From assembly GCA_041483195.1 (NCBI GenBank), contig JBGPFC010000008.1, forward strand, positions 32,001 through 96,000: a stretch of DNA of 64,000 nucleotides. The letters are read 5' to 3'. Of the stretch, positions 20,347 to 32,485 are shown one piece after another. Under the pieces are notes generated by a model. The model did not search any database, was not told the DNA's origin, and worked only from the letters and a program-made list of their open reading frames with translations. A program made the position numbers and the translations under genes. The DNA comes from Candidatus Eiseniibacteriota bacterium. GTDB taxonomy: Bacteria > Eisenbacteria > RBG-16-71-46. Within the stretch, counting starts at the first letter, position 1; every line of letters begins with the position of its first letter.

Positions 20347-23300
20347 TCAGAAGCTGAAGGAAGCGCGGAATTCGACGCGCACGTTGCGCGAGGTGATCTG
20401 CCGCTGGAGATCGCGATTCTGTCCGAAGCCCAGCACCAGCCCGCCGGTGACGCTGTTGCTGAAGGAGTAGTCGCCGCGGCCGTTCAAGGAGAGCCGGTCC
20501 TGGTCGATCGGAAGCTGCGCGCGCCTCGATCCGACGGTCACCGTCTCGCCGCTGGTTCGCGAGTACACGCCGGTGAGCCCGAGCGACACCGCGCTCTTCA
20601 CGGTTTTTTCCCGGCCCAGGATCTTGACCTTCTGCCCTCGCGAGTAGGAGCGGCTCAGGCTCAGGTTCACGTCGGTGTTGCGGTCGGTGCGCGTCGAGCG
20701 AAAGAACTGGAAGTTGTCTCGCACCGTGACTCTGCGCTCGATCTTGAGCTCGGCGCGCGTGGCGTTCTTGAAATCGCCAGAGAGGCTGAGCAGCGGCTGC
20801 CACTGGCTGCTGGTCGAGACGCTGGTGGGGGTCTGGTCGCCGGTTCGATAATCGGTGAGGGTCGAGCGGCTGAACGCGGTCCTGATCCGCGGGCTGGCCA
20901 GCACGCGGTCGATGCGAAGCAGGTTGGGAATCCGACCGTATTCGAAATCCAGGTCCGGGAAGCGCGACGTCACCGAGCGCGTGGAAACGCCATTCATCTG
21001 AGTGCGGCGCGTCGTGTACTCGCCGCGAGTCATCACCGTCGCGTCGAGCACGAGACCAAGGCGGGTCCGCGCCGAGGCGCGCCAGTCCATCGAACGGTTC
21101 GAGCTGTTGCCGAACTGGGCATGCATGCCGCTGCCGGACCCGGTCGAGAGGCCGGGGTCGTCCGAGAGTCCCGCGAGATAGCCGACGCTGGGGATCCCGG
21201 TCAGTCGCGAGTAGCCGCTCGACTTGTTGTACGCGGCCTCGGTGCTGATCGCGCCCAGCCGCGCGAGCATGCTCCGCCAGGAGATCGCCGGCGCGCGGGG
21301 CACCTTCCGCGAGGTGTCACCGAGCGCCGGCCGCCCCGCGCGCGCTCCGCCGAACCGGTCGAAGGGAACCGCCCAGGTTCCCGAGATCGACTGGTTGTTT
21401 CCGATCGAGCGCACGCTCAGGTCGGGCGACAGCTCGGGGCGATTGTCCTGCGAGTAGTTCGATCCCCAGCCGAACGACGGACTGAGCCATGGACCCTTGT
21501 TCACGACGTAACGCGCGTCCATGTTCTGCCGCCAGGTCACGACGCGGCCGAAGTTGATGGGCCCGATCTTCTCGCGCAGCGCCGGCGCGAGCATGAGATT
21601 GCGCAGTGCCTCGAAGTGATGGTGGAGGAACTCGAAGGGGCGGGTGTCCGCGCCGAAGTTGACGGAGGCCGCGCGCCCTGCGACGGAATTTCGCAGCAGG
21701 AGACCGCCGTCGCGGGTCCGGTCGAACGCGCGACTCTGGCTGCTGGAGACGGCGTAGTTCCAGTAGAAACGCTCGGGCAGTGGATAGAATCGGGCCTTGG
21801 TGAGCGGCAGCGGGATCGCGAGCAGGCTCCGGGGCGCGATCCCGTAGTTCACAGCAGACGACTTCGACGTCGAGGTTCCCACCGAGGTGGGATTGCGGCT
21901 GTCGGTCTGCGACCGGCTATGGCTGACGGTGACGCCGCCCAGGGTGTAACGCAGGATGGGATTCGCGCGATCGCTCCACTGCCGGCGATAGCTGGTCGCG
22001 AGGCTGCGCGTCTCTCCGCGGGTCTCGCTCGCGGCCTCGAATGCCCCGGTGCGCAGGATGTCGTCGCCCGCGTTGAAGCGCGGCTTCGATGAGCTGCGCG
22101 CGTAGTTGAGCGCGAGCGGCAGCACGATGCCGGTGGCCTCGAAGAACCGGTGAAGGTCGATGCTGGTCCCCATGTTGAGCTGGTCGGAGGAGCTGCCGCT
22201 GCCGCGGCTCTCTCCCACGCTCTGGAAATTGGCATCGCGCGCGTTCCACGACAGGTTGTAGCTGGCCAGGTTGGCGAGGCGGCCGTTCACCTGCATGCGC
22301 TTCGCGTAGCCCGCGTCCTTCGCGACATCCGTCGCCCGCAGCTCGTCGAACAGCACGCGGCCTCCCGGCATGACGTGGAGCGGGCTCCGGTTCGCGTTGA
22401 TGATCCCGAACGAAACGCGGCGCAGGCGTGTGAACGAAGGGCGCCCCTTGATGATGATCGAGTCGTTCCCGGCGGGACCGGGCACGCGATACATCGGGTC
22501 GGTCGTCGGGAAGCCGAGCTTGAGGTTCGAGAGATCGGTGAGCTTGAGTCGCACCTCCTGCCACGGAATGCGGGTCGAATCGGGATCGATCGGCAGCCGG
22601 GCCTTGTACTCGTAGTAGTTGCGACCCAGCTCGTCCGACGCGAAGCGCACGAAGTACTGGATGTTCTCCAGCGAGTCCGCGAGCGCCGCATAGTCTTCGA
22701 AGCGCGAGCCCCCGATCCAGAAATTGAGCGAGCCGTAGCGGCTGTAGTTCTCGTCGATCGAAAACGTCTTGAAGACCTCGAGCGTGTCGTCGGGGGCCAG
22801 CTGGGTGAACTCCAGGCCCAGCGACTGTTCGCGCCGGCTGAGCGGCAGGCCGCCGCTGCGATCGGTGCCGGGATCGAAGGGCGCCGTGTATTCGTCAGCG
22901 TTGTCCACGTTGTTCAGCGAGTTGAGCGTCAGCGTGGTTTCGAACTGCTCCTGGTCGGGCGTGAGCGGTGTGCCCTGCCAGCGGCTGCCGACGATCTCGA
23001 GACCGCCCAGCATGAGCAGCGGGCGGGCCGCGGGATCGGGATCCACCAGCGAGTCCACCCACACCCGCACGTGGCGCGCGAGGGTGAGATCGGGGGCGCC
23101 GAACTTGACTCGCAACGCGTCGTTGATCGGGATCCGGTAGCGCCGCCACCCGTTGTCGGCCCGCACCGGATTGCGCGGGGGCGGGGACACGAAGTCGCGC
23201 CTCACGTCGGTCTCGAGATAGGTGTCGCACGTGTCGCACAGGTCCACGGAGTACTCGAAGTAATCCTCGGCGGTGTCGATGTTGTTGTTGAGGTTGAGGT

Positions 23301-26300
23301 CCTCGGTGTCGGGAACCGGATTCAGCGTGTGATTGTTCTCGGTGCCGTTCGCGAAGCGGAACCGCGCCGGATCCATGTCCTCGGGCGGACCTTCGGGGAC
23401 CGCGCGAAAATCATCGCCTTCGGGATCGGAGGACCCCGCGGTGCTCAGATCCCGGATCGGGACGCCCTTCGCGATCTCCTCGCTGTCGAGCTTGCCATCG
23501 AGCCCGGTGTCCTCGTCGTTGCGGTCCGTCACCGTCAGCTGGTGGTCGGGCGGCGAACCCTGGTCTTCGGTCTCGAGCCGGCCGTCGGGCAGCACGTCGG
23601 GCGAAGGCATCTGGTCTTCGCTCACCACGCCCAGGTCGATGTGGAGCTTCACGTGCCGGTTGCGCACGCGGGTGAGGTCGTCGAAATCGTTGACCCAGAG
23701 CTCGATGAACTGGGAGCGCGACAGATCCAGGCCGACCTGGTCGAGCGGAAAGGTGAGCCCGGCCCACAGGAAGTCCGTCGACTGGGACGTGAGCGGCCGC
23801 CGCGGAATGGACAACGCGAGCACCTGATGCGCGGTCTGAGCGCCCTGGGCGTCCGAGAGATTGGGCTTGAGGTCGCGTTCCTTGATCGCGGCCGGGGGCG
23901 AGAACCAGTGGATCTCGGCCTTCCGGCGGCGCGGCACGAGCAGGGTGTCGGTGAGCGGAATCTCGAACCCGCCGCTCTTGAGGCTCGGCACGCTCGACAA
24001 TTCCCAGCGCTCCGGGCTCATCGAGACCGTGACGGCGTCGCGCACGCCTTCCATGTCGTCGATGTAGACCACGTTGCGCGTGTTGGGATTGGGGTACGAA
24101 GCGCCCATCTCCGCCTGCACGCTCAGATCGGAGGGCGCCGTCGTTCGCACGCCCGGCAGCCGGTCCACCAGCCGCGTCACCCACTCGGGATGAAAACCCC
24201 AGGCGGTGTTGAGATCGCCGATCAGGCTGCGCGACGGCTCCTCGCCGAGCCGCGGCCGCAGGTCCTGCGCGCCCTTGCTCTCGTACATGAACGCGCCGCC
24301 GAAGCTCTTGTCCCGGCCCTCGAGCCGGAACGCGTTCCCGACCAGCGTGCGCCCCGCCTGCTGGAAGAGCGGGGCGTACGAGTAGTCGATGTTGAGCTGG
24401 TCGGCCGGACCGAGCTGTCGCTTCAGGACGACGCGACCCAGGTCGTAGTCGATGGTGTAGTCGCGATCCCGGACCAGCGCCTGGCCGTTGATCGTCACGA
24501 CGTCCGAGCCCTCGATCAGGGTGCCGCGGCCCAGGTTGATCTCGCCCTGCGCGCGCGCCGCCGTGAACTCCGCGTCGATGTAGTAGCGGGTATCGAGCGA
24601 GCGCTGCAGGTAATACTGATCGTAGATCGCGGCGTTCGCCCCGTTCGAGCTGTCCGGCGGCCCCACCAGCGAGTCCCGACGGTTCAGCGCGTTGCTGACG
24701 AACTGGTCGAACGGATACCGCGGGTGAACACGGCCGTCGGTCCCCAGGAAATTGTGCCCCACGCGCGGGGCGAACGGGCGGAGATCGAAGAAGAACAGCG
24801 TCCCGTTCTCGAAGTCCACGAACAGCTGCCGGCTGTCGGTGGTGGCCGCGGCGCCGTCCACCTTGCCGTCGTGCCCGGGATCGAGCGTCCCGCGCGTCTG
24901 GTCGAAATTATCGAGACCCAGCACCTCGATGTACGGCACCGCGCTGTCGCCGCGCGAGCGGATGAACGTCACCGGCGGGTCGTCGACGCCCTTGCGGATG
25001 GTGAGCGTGAAGCTGGCCGGGTCGATCCGCTGGCCGGCCAGCTGGTAGAAATTGTGAAGCTCGAGATCGCGGGTCGAGACGAAGACGTTCGTGGTGTCGA
25101 AGTTCCCGGAGTCGTCGGGCCGGATGACGCTGGCGGGCGCACGCAGCAGCTTCATGAAGCGGCGCTGGGCTCCGTCCGCCTCCACCGAGTCCTGTCCTCC
25201 GACCGGAAACTCCGGGCCGGGCGTGCCGCCGGGCCCGATGCGCCGCGCGTTGTAGGTGATGGCCAGACGCTGCTCGCCGGTCACGGCGCGGTGCATGCGG
25301 ATGATCTTGTAGAACGGGTTGTAGACGTTGTCGAGAATCTCGTAGTCCTGATCGGCGCCGGGATGGAGCGGCGCAAAGACGCCGCGCACCGAGGTCGAGT
25401 CGTTGCAGCCCGGGCAGGTGAGACCGAGATCGACGAAGGCCCGCCCCGCGACCGAGTTCTGGTCGTTGCTGTAGTTGTAGTCGTCGAGGTAGAGCTGCAC
25501 GCTGGTGTTCGGGATGTCGAGCAGATCGAGGTTGGGATCGTAGAGAAAGAAGTAGACGCCCTTCATGTAGTCGAGGTCGGCGAGCGTCTGGGTCTGCCGG
25601 GACGCTCCCCCCGAGTACGCCGCGCGCTCGCTCTTCCCCTCCTGCTTGCTGGCGAGCACCGTGAAGTCGAGCGGCCCGAGACGCATCGCGGTCTTCACCC
25701 CGAACAATCCCTCGTTCTTGCCGCTGTAGGAGACGTATTGCGTGCCCGGCAGCGAGAGGTTCGTGTTCCCGAGGTCGAGCGCCTGCACGACGTCGTCCTC
25801 GTCGCCCTTGTAATTGATCGCGATGCGGTTCGCGAGCGGGATCTGAATGCCCGAATTCTGAAGCAGGTTGACGCGAATGCGGTCGGAGAGCTGGCCCTCG
25901 AGCTGAATGTTGAGGTCCTGCTGCATGTCGAGCGATGGGAACAGCGATGGCTTGCGCCCGAGCGGACCGAGCTGCTGGTTCGTCCAGTTGCTCTGCCCGG
26001 AGAGCCGGATGTTCTCCGATCCCGACACGTTGAGCGCGGGGCCCCCGGGGCCCAGCAGGCTCTGCACCTTTCGCGGGAGCGGCGAGGGGAGCTTGAACGA
26101 GAGCCCCCCCGGCGCGGCGGAGGCGGCCGCGGTGGGCGCCAGGCTCGAGGTGCGGATCGCCAGAGCGGAGCGTTCCAGCCATTGTCGCTGGAAGCTGCGC
26201 TGGGTGAGATCGGCGCTGTAGAACTGCAGCGGCTCGCGCATCCCGTCTCCGATCCGCGCCGAGCCCACCTCGGAGAACGCGTTCACCGTCCCAGAGTCGG

Positions 26301-26559
26301 GATCGAAACCGATGCGGAGCTGGCGCGGGTCGTACTTCAACTTGAGCCCCCGCGGCGACGGCTGGAGCGACGGCAGCGTCGGCCGCACCAGGTGGTCCTC
26401 CAGTGCCAGGCGGGATGAGGTCTTCCACTGCGGCGGCAGGGTGTCGGCCGGCGCCGGGGGCGTTCGCTTGAGCTTGATCCCGTGAAGCCAGGGCAGGCCC
26501 GGCACGCCCGACAGCCCCAGAATCAGCGTGACGGCCGGCAGCGTCAGGGAGGTCAGCAT
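20347..26559 (-). CDS. sprA: SprA/Sov-like large outer-membrane beta-barrel protein (T9SS translocon homolog)
   Basis: 2070 aa; YKGDEDDVVQALDLGNTNLSLP and GLFGVKT..LGPL motifs, YIDDMEG, PDTEDLN; beta-strand-rich C-terminus ending in Phe. Confidence 0.8.
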   Translation of the reverse strand: MLTSLTLPAVTLILGLSGVPGLPWLHGIKLKRTPPAPADTLPPQWKTSSRLALEDHLVRPTLPSLQPSPRGLKLKYDPRQLRIGFDPDSGTVNAFSEVGSARIGDGMREPLQFYSADLTQRSFQRQWLERSALAIRTSSLAPTAAASAAPGGLSFKLPSPLPRKVQSLLGPGGPALNVSGSENIRLSGQSNWTNQQLGPLGRKPSLFPSLDMQQDLNIQLEGQLSDRIRVNLLQNSGIQIPLANRIAINYKGDEDDVVQALDLGNTNLSLPGTQYVSYSGKNEGLFGVKTAMRLGPLDFTVLASKQEGKSERAAYSGGASRQTQTLADLDYMKGVYFFLYDPNLDLLDIPNTSVQLYLDDYNYSNDQNSVAGRAFVDLGLTCPGCNDSTSVRGVFAPLHPGADQDYEILDNVYNPFYKIIRMHRAVTGEQRLAITYNARRIGPGGTPGPEFPVGGQDSVEADGAQRRFMKLLRAPASVIRPDDSGNFDTTNVFVSTRDLELHNFYQLAGQRIDPASFTLTIRKGVDDPPVTFIRSRGDSAVPYIEVLGLDNFDQTRGTLDPGHDGKVDGAAATTDSRQLFVDFENGTLFFFDLRPFAPRVGHNFLGTDGRVHPRYPFDQFVSNALNRRDSLVGPPDSSNGANAAIYDQYYLQRSLDTRYYIDAEFTAARAQGEINLGRGTLIEGSDVVTINGQALVRDRDYTIDYDLGRVVLKRQLGPADQLNIDYSYAPLFQQAGRTLVGNAFRLEGRDKSFGGAFMYESKGAQDLRPRLGEEPSRSLIGDLNTAWGFHPEWVTRLVDRLPGVRTTAPSDLSVQAEMGASYPNPNTRNVVYIDDMEGVRDAVTVSMSPERWELSSVPSLKSGGFEIPLTDTLLVPRRRKAEIHWFSPPAAIKERDLKPNLSDAQGAQTAHQVLALSIPRRPLTSQSTDFLWAGLTFPLDQVGLDLSRSQFIELWVNDFDDLTRVRNRHVKLHIDLGVVSEDQMPSPDVLPDGRLETEDQGSPPDHQLTVTDRNDEDTGLDGKLDSEEIAKGVPIRDLSTAGSSDPEGDDFRAVPEGPPEDMDPARFRFANGTENNHTLNPVPDTEDLNLNNNIDTAEDYFEYSVDLCDTCDTYLETDVRRDFVSPPPRNPVRADNGWRRYRIPINDALRVKFGAPDLTLARHVRVWVDSLVDPDPAARPLLMLGGLEIVGSRWQGTPLTPDQEQFETTLTLNSLNNVDNADEYTAPFDPGTDRSGGLPLSRREQSLGLEFTQLAPDDTLEVFKTFSIDENYSRYGSLNFWIGGSRFEDYAALADSLENIQYFVRFASDELGRNYYEYKARLPIDPDSTRIPWQEVRLKLTDLSNLKLGFPTTDPMYRVPGPAGNDSIIIKGRPSFTRLRRVSFGIINANRSPLHVMPGGRVLFDELRATDVAKDAGYAKRMQVNGRLANLASYNLSWNARDANFQSVGESRGSGSSSDQLNMGTSIDLHRFFEATGIVLPLALNYARSSSKPRFNAGDDILRTGAFEAASETRGETRSLATSYRRQWSDRANPILRYTLGGVTVSHSRSQTDSRNPTSVGTSTSKSSAVNYGIAPRSLLAIPLPLTKARFYPLPERFYWNYAVSSSQSRAFDRTRDGGLLLRNSVAGRAASVNFGADTRPFEFLHHHFEALRNLMLAPALREKIGPINFGRVVTWRQNMDARYVVNKGPWLSPSFGWGSNYSQDNRPELSPDLSVRSIGNNQSISGTWAVPFDRFGGARAGRPALGDTSRKVPRAPAISWRSMLARLGAISTEAAYNKSSGYSRLTGIPSVGYLAGLSDDPGLSTGSGSGMHAQFGNSSNRSMDWRASARTRLGLVLDATVMTRGEYTTRRTQMNGVSTRSVTSRFPDLDFEYGRIPNLLRIDRVLASPRIRTAFSRSTLTDYRTGDQTPTSVSTSSQWQPLLSLSGDFKNATRAELKIERRVTVRDNFQFFRSTRTDRNTDVNLSLSRSYSRGQKVKILGREKTVKSAVSLGLTGVYSRTSGETVTVGSRRAQLPIDQDRLSLNGRGDYSFSNSVTGGLVLGFGQNRDLQRQITSRNVRVEFRASFSF

Positions 26560-26695
26560 GGAAGCCCCAAACTATACGCGCCTCCGAGGATGGAGGCGCA
26601 GGGGGCGACCGTAGCAGGCCAAGCTTCAGCGGTCAAAGCCTTTACGGGCAAATGTGTTCGCTCCAGAGCCGGCCGATGGGGTAGTGTGCGCGATC

Positions 26696-28063
26696 GTGCG
26701 CATCCTTCGTACCTACATACTCCGACTGCATCTGGTTCCCTTCCTGCTCGGGTTCGGCGTCGTCACGTTCATCCTCGAGATGGACGTGATGTTCGACTAC
26801 CTCGACCTCGTGGTAAACCGGGGGGTCGCGCTGGGTGTGGTGGCCCAGTTGTTCCTGCTTTCGCTCGGCTACATCATCGCGCTCTCGGCGCCGTGCGCGG
26901 TGCTGATCGCCGTCCTGATGACCTTCGGCCGCCTGTCGCAGGACAACGAGATCACCGCGCTGCGAGCCAGCGGCGTCAACCTGGCGCAGGTGCTGATCGG
27001 CCCGCTGCTCGCTGCGGTCGCCCTCCAGTTCGGGCTCACCTACTTCAACAACCGCGTGCTGCCCGAGACCAATCACGCGTTCGCCAATCTGCTGATCGAC
27101 ATCGGGCGCATGCGCCCCACCGTTCGCCTGCAGGAGGGCGTGTTCATCACCGACTTTCCCGGTTACAACCTGCTGGTGCAATCCGTGAACGGCCGCACCA
27201 ACGAGATGAGCGGGGTGACGATCTACAAGCTCAATCCCGGTGTGCCGCCCACCACGATCCTCGCGAAGCACGGCACGCTCGAGTACACGCCGGACGGAAA
27301 GACCGCGGTGCTGCGGCTGCGTGACGGCGAGATCCACGAGATCCCGTCGGAAGAGGGTGGATCGCGACGCTACCGGCGGATGGTGTTCAAGACCCACGTC
27401 ATCTACATCTCCGGCGCCGGCGGGCTGCTGGAGCACACGGTGCGCGACTCGCGCAGCGACCGCGAGATGACGACCGATGCGCTGATCGATGAACGCGCCA
27501 GCATGCGCGAGCAGTACGATCGGGCGATCGCGCTCCGTCGCGACCGGCTTCGGCAGATGGGCGCGCCCGGACCCGTGATCGACGCGCTCGCGCCGGAGCG
27601 GCTTCCGTGGAGCGGACAGGTGCGCGCGACCTGGGCGGCGCTGGTCTCGCGCGAAGACCCGCTCGAGCGGTTCGCGAGCGCGCAGCCGGCGCTCCGTACC
27701 GAGATCGACCTGTGGCGGGTGGAACGCTCCGCGCTGAGACGCCGGATCGCATCGCTCTCGGTGGAGATCCAGAAGAAGTACTCGCTGCCGGCGGCGTGCG
27801 TGGTGTTCGTGTTGCTCGGGGCGCCGCTCGGGATGCGCGTGCGGCGCGCCGGCCCGGCCGTGGCGTTCGTATCGATCGCGTTCTTCCTGTTCTACTACCT
27901 GTGTCTGATCGGCGGCGAGGAGCTCGCCAACCGGCTGTTGCTGCCGCCCTGGCTCTCGATGTGGCTCCCCAACCTGGTGCTCGGCGCGTGGGGCCTGGTC
28001 GCGACCCTGCGCACCTGCGAACTGTGGCGCCCGCGCGCGCGCCCGGCGGCACGGCCCGCTTGA
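26696..28063 (+). CDS. lptF: LPS export permease LptF family
   Basis: RILRTYILR, TFGRLSQDNEITALRASG, EIQKKYSLP; tandem with lptG; GTG start inferred. Confidence 0.88.
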   Translation: MRILRTYILRLHLVPFLLGFGVVTFILEMDVMFDYLDLVVNRGVALGVVAQLFLLSLGYIIALSAPCAVLIAVLMTFGRLSQDNEITALRASGVNLAQVLIGPLLAAVALQFGLTYFNNRVLPETNHAFANLLIDIGRMRPTVRLQEGVFITDFPGYNLLVQSVNGRTNEMSGVTIYKLNPGVPPTTILAKHGTLEYTPDGKTAVLRLRDGEIHEIPSEEGGSRRYRRMVFKTHVIYISGAGGLLEHTVRDSRSDREMTTDALIDERASMREQYDRAIALRRDRLRQMGAPGPVIDALAPERLPWSGQVRATWAALVSREDPLERFASAQPALRTEIDLWRVERSALRRRIASLSVEIQKKYSLPAACVVFVLLGAPLGMRVRRAGPAVAFVSIAFFLFYYLCLIGGEELANRLLLPPWLSMWLPNLVLGAWGLVATLRTCELWRPRARPAARPA

Positions 28064-29139
28064 AGATCCTCGACCGCTACGTGCTCCGCGAGTTCATGGG
28101 CTACGTCGCGCTCGGGCTGGCGGGCTTCATCGTCATCTTCGTGGTGGTGGATCTCTTCGAGAAGATCGACGTCTTCCTGGATCATCGCGCGCCGTTCGAG
28201 TTGATCGCGCGCTTCTACCTGTACCGCGCGCCGGAGGTGGTGGTGCAGGTGCTGCCGGTCGCGCTGCTGCTCGCCACCTTTCTCGCGCTCGGCCAGCTCA
28301 ACAAGTTCGGTGAGCTCACGGCGATGCGCTCGGCGGGCCTGCCGCTCATGCGCATCCTCACCACGGTGTTCGCGAGCGCGCTCGCCGCGGCCGCGATCTC
28401 GCTCCTGCTCGGCGAACTGGTGGTGCCGGCCGCGAACCGCGAACGCGACCGCATCTACGACGAGCAGATCCAGCGCCTCAAGCGCGATCTGGTGACCGAG
28501 CGCGCCGACGTGACCTACCTGGGGAACGGCGGTCGGATCTTCTACATCCGCCTCTACCTCGTGCTCGAGAAGCGCATGCACGAGGTCGCGCTCCAGGAGT
28601 TCGCGCACGGGGACCTGGTACGGCGCATCGACGCGGCCGAGGCGACCTGGGACGGACATCAGTGGGTGTTCGCATCGGGCTACATCCGCCGCTTCGAGGC
28701 GGGCCGGGAGATCGCGACCCCGTTCCAGCGCCTTCCGGCCCCCGATCTGGGCGAGACGCCGGACGATTTCGCCAAGGAGAGCCTCAAGCCCGCCGAGATG
28801 AACTACCTCCAGCTGCGCCGCTACATCGTGCGGCTGCGCGCGAGCGGTTTGCGGGTCGCAAACTACCTGGTGGACCTCCATCTCAAGCTCGCGTTCCCGC
28901 TCTTCAACATCATCGTGGTCATGATCGGAGCGTCGGTGGCCACCCGGCTCCGGCTCCAGAGCCCCGCGCTCGGCTTCGGGCTCTCGGTGTGCATCGCGTT
29001 CGTGTTCTGGGGCAGCATGCAGCTCGGCAAGGCGCTCGGCCACAGCGGCATGATGCCGCCGTACGTCGCGGCCTGGTTCAGCGACGTGTTGTTCGGCGCG
29101 GTGGGCGTTGGGCTGCTCGCGGACGCGCAGCGGAACTGA
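28060..29139 (+). CDS. lptG: LPS export permease LptG family
   Basis: KILDRYVLRE, GELTAMRSAG, HLKLAFP; TTG start overlaps lptF stop (TTGA). Confidence 0.88.
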   Translation: MKILDRYVLREFMGYVALGLAGFIVIFVVVDLFEKIDVFLDHRAPFELIARFYLYRAPEVVVQVLPVALLLATFLALGQLNKFGELTAMRSAGLPLMRILTTVFASALAAAAISLLLGELVVPAANRERDRIYDEQIQRLKRDLVTERADVTYLGNGGRIFYIRLYLVLEKRMHEVALQEFAHGDLVRRIDAAEATWDGHQWVFASGYIRRFEAGREIATPFQRLPAPDLGETPDDFAKESLKPAEMNYLQLRRYIVRLRASGLRVANYLVDLHLKLAFPLFNIIVVMIGASVATRLRLQSPALGFGLSVCIAFVFWGSMQLGKALGHSGMMPPYVAAWFSDVLFGAVGVGLLADAQRN

Positions 29140-29151
29140 GCGCTGCCGCGT

Positions 29152-29868
29152 TCAGATCTCGAAGGCGCGATCGATCCCATCGAGCGTCGCGCAGCGCTGG
29201 ACGTCCCCGGCGAATGACGCATGGAGCGCACGCAGCGTGCGCGCGTGAGACGCGCCCTGCACCAGCGTGCGCACCGCCGTCGCGTCCCGCGGAGCGAGCG
29301 CGAGCGCCGCGCGCGCCGCCCCGCCCTCGATCGATGCCCCCCGGGCGGCGAGCGCGGCCGCGATCATCCCGGCGCACGCCGCATCCTCGATCGCGAACCG
29401 TCCCTCCTTGCCGGCACAGAGCAGCAGCACGAAGCGCTCGCCCGCGAGCGCGCGCAACACGGCCGCCACGTTCACGAACGCCGCCAGCAGCCGCCGCCTG
29501 CATCCCGCCGCAGCGAGCAGCGCGAGCGAGCCGTTGGTCGACGCGAAGATCAGCGTGCGGTTCGCGACGACCTCGGCCGCGTACTCGGCCGGAGAGTTCC
29601 CGAGATCGAATCCCGGGATGCGCAGGCCCTGGCGTTCGCCGCACAGCAGCGCCCCGGGCTCGCGCGCCCGGATCGCGAGCGCGGCCTCCGGGCTCGCGAC
29701 CGGAATCACGGCCCGCGCGCCGTTGTCGAGTGCCACGCTCAGCGTGGTGGTCGCGCGCAGGACGTCGATGACAACGGCCGTCGTGGTGCGCGGATCGCGC
29801 GGCCAGTCCCGAGGCGGCGCGGCGCGACGGGGTAAGGGTCCCGGCGCGAATTCGGCCCGGACGCGCAC
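29152..29868 (-). CDS. comB: 2-phosphosulfolactate phosphatase family
   Basis: VVIDVLRATTT, GER.G..IPGFDLGNSP, STNGS, EDAACAG; GTG start inferred. Confidence 0.88.
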   Translation of the reverse strand: MRVRAEFAPGPLPRRAAPPRDWPRDPRTTTAVVIDVLRATTTLSVALDNGARAVIPVASPEAALAIRAREPGALLCGERQGLRIPGFDLGNSPAEYAAEVVANRTLIFASTNGSLALLAAAGCRRRLLAAFVNVAAVLRALAGERFVLLLCAGKEGRFAIEDAACAGMIAAALAARGASIEGGAARAALALAPRDATAVRTLVQGASHARTLRALHASFAGDVQRCATLDGIDRAFEI

Positions 29869-29876
29869 CGCGCCGC

Positions 29877-31244
<1,368 letters not shown>

Positions 31245-31254
31245 TCGCCCCCGG

Positions 31255-32454
31255 TCAGCCCATCCGGCCGGGACGAGACGCCCCGGCCGGCGTGGCCAGA
31301 CCCGGGGACGCAGGCGAGGCGCCGCCCTTGTCGCGCTCGCCGCCGGTGGTCGCGGCGTCCACGGGCTGCCACATGCGATCGGAGGTGGCCGAGATGCCCT
31401 TGAGCTTGAGTCCGAGCTCGTTCGGATTCGAGCAGTTCTTGAGCGCCTCTTCCTCGGTGATCAGCCCCTCGCGCAGCAGGTGCAGCACCGATTGATCGAA
31501 GGTCTGCATTCCATACTGGGTGACGCCCTCGGCGACCAGGGCCCCGAGCAGCGAGACCTTGTCCGCATCGAGAATGTACTCGCGAATGGTGGGCGTGTTC
31601 ACCATGACCTCGACCGCCGGCACGCGTCCCGCGCCGTCCGCGCGCGGGATCAGTCGCTGCGAGATCACGGCGCGCAGATTCGAGGCGATCGACAGGCGCA
31701 CCTCGTCGTGCTGGTGGGGCGGGTAGAACGAGACGACGCGCTGGAGCGTCTGGACCACGTCGGTGGTGTGGAGCGTCGACATCACGAGGTGGCCGGTGTC
31801 GGCCGCCATCAGCGCGCTGCTCATGGTCTCGAGATCGCGGATCTCACCGACCAGGATGATGTCGGGGTCCTGGCGCAGCACGTACTTGAGACCGGCATGG
31901 AACGAGTGGGTGTCGAGCCCGACCTCGCGCTGGTGAATGAACGACAGGCGATCGCGGTGGAGGAACTCGATCGGGTCCTCGACCGTGATGATGTTGCGGT
32001 TGGTGACCTTGTTGATCGAGTCGATCATCGCGGCGAGCGTGGTGGACTTGCCGGACCCGGTGCGGCCGGTGACCAGGATCAGGCCGCGCGGCGTGAACGC
32101 CAGCTCGCTCACCACTGCCGGCAGATGCAGGTCCTCGAGGGTCGGCACGTCGACCGGCACGTGGCGCAGCGCGAGGGCCGGCGTGCCGCGCTGCATGAAG
32201 ATGTTCGCGCGGAAGCGCGCGAGACCCGAGACTCCGAACGCGAAATCGATCTCGCTGTGGGTCGTGAAGTGCTGCCGCTGCTCTTCGTTGAGCAGCTGAT
32301 TGCAGACATCGCGGAGATCCGCAGCGTTCGGGGGCGGCTCGTCGAGCGTGTAGAGTACGCCGTCGACGCGCACCACCGGGGGCGTGCCGGTCTTGAGATG
32401 GAGATCGCTGGCCCGGGCGGCGATCATCTTTTCGAGCACGCTGCGGATGTTCAT
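31255..32454 (-). CDS. pilT: Type IV pilus retraction ATPase PilT/PilU family
   Basis: [52 protein letters not shown]. Confidence 0.9.
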   Translation of the reverse strand: MNIRSVLEKMIAARASDLHLKTGTPPVVRVDGVLYTLDEPPPNAADLRDVCNQLLNEEQRQHFTTHSEIDFAFGVSGLARFRANIFMQRGTPALALRHVPVDVPTLEDLHLPAVVSELAFTPRGLILVTGRTGSGKSTTLAAMIDSINKVTNRNIITVEDPIEFLHRDRLSFIHQREVGLDTHSFHAGLKYVLRQDPDIILVGEIRDLETMSSALMAADTGHLVMSTLHTTDVVQTLQRVVSFYPPHQHDEVRLSIASNLRAVISQRLIPRADGAGRVPAVEVMVNTPTIREYILDADKVSLLGALVAEGVTQYGMQTFDQSVLHLLREGLITEEEALKNCSNPNELGLKLKGISATSDRMWQPVDAATTGGERDKGGASPASPGLATPAGASRPGRMG

Positions 32455-32485
32455 CCCGATCTCCCTGCCAGCCGGCTCGTCCCGA

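Noticed and set aside
22150..26418. 1422-aa ORF on + strand
   Set aside because: Antisense shadow of sprA, expected from high-GC codon bias; no motifs
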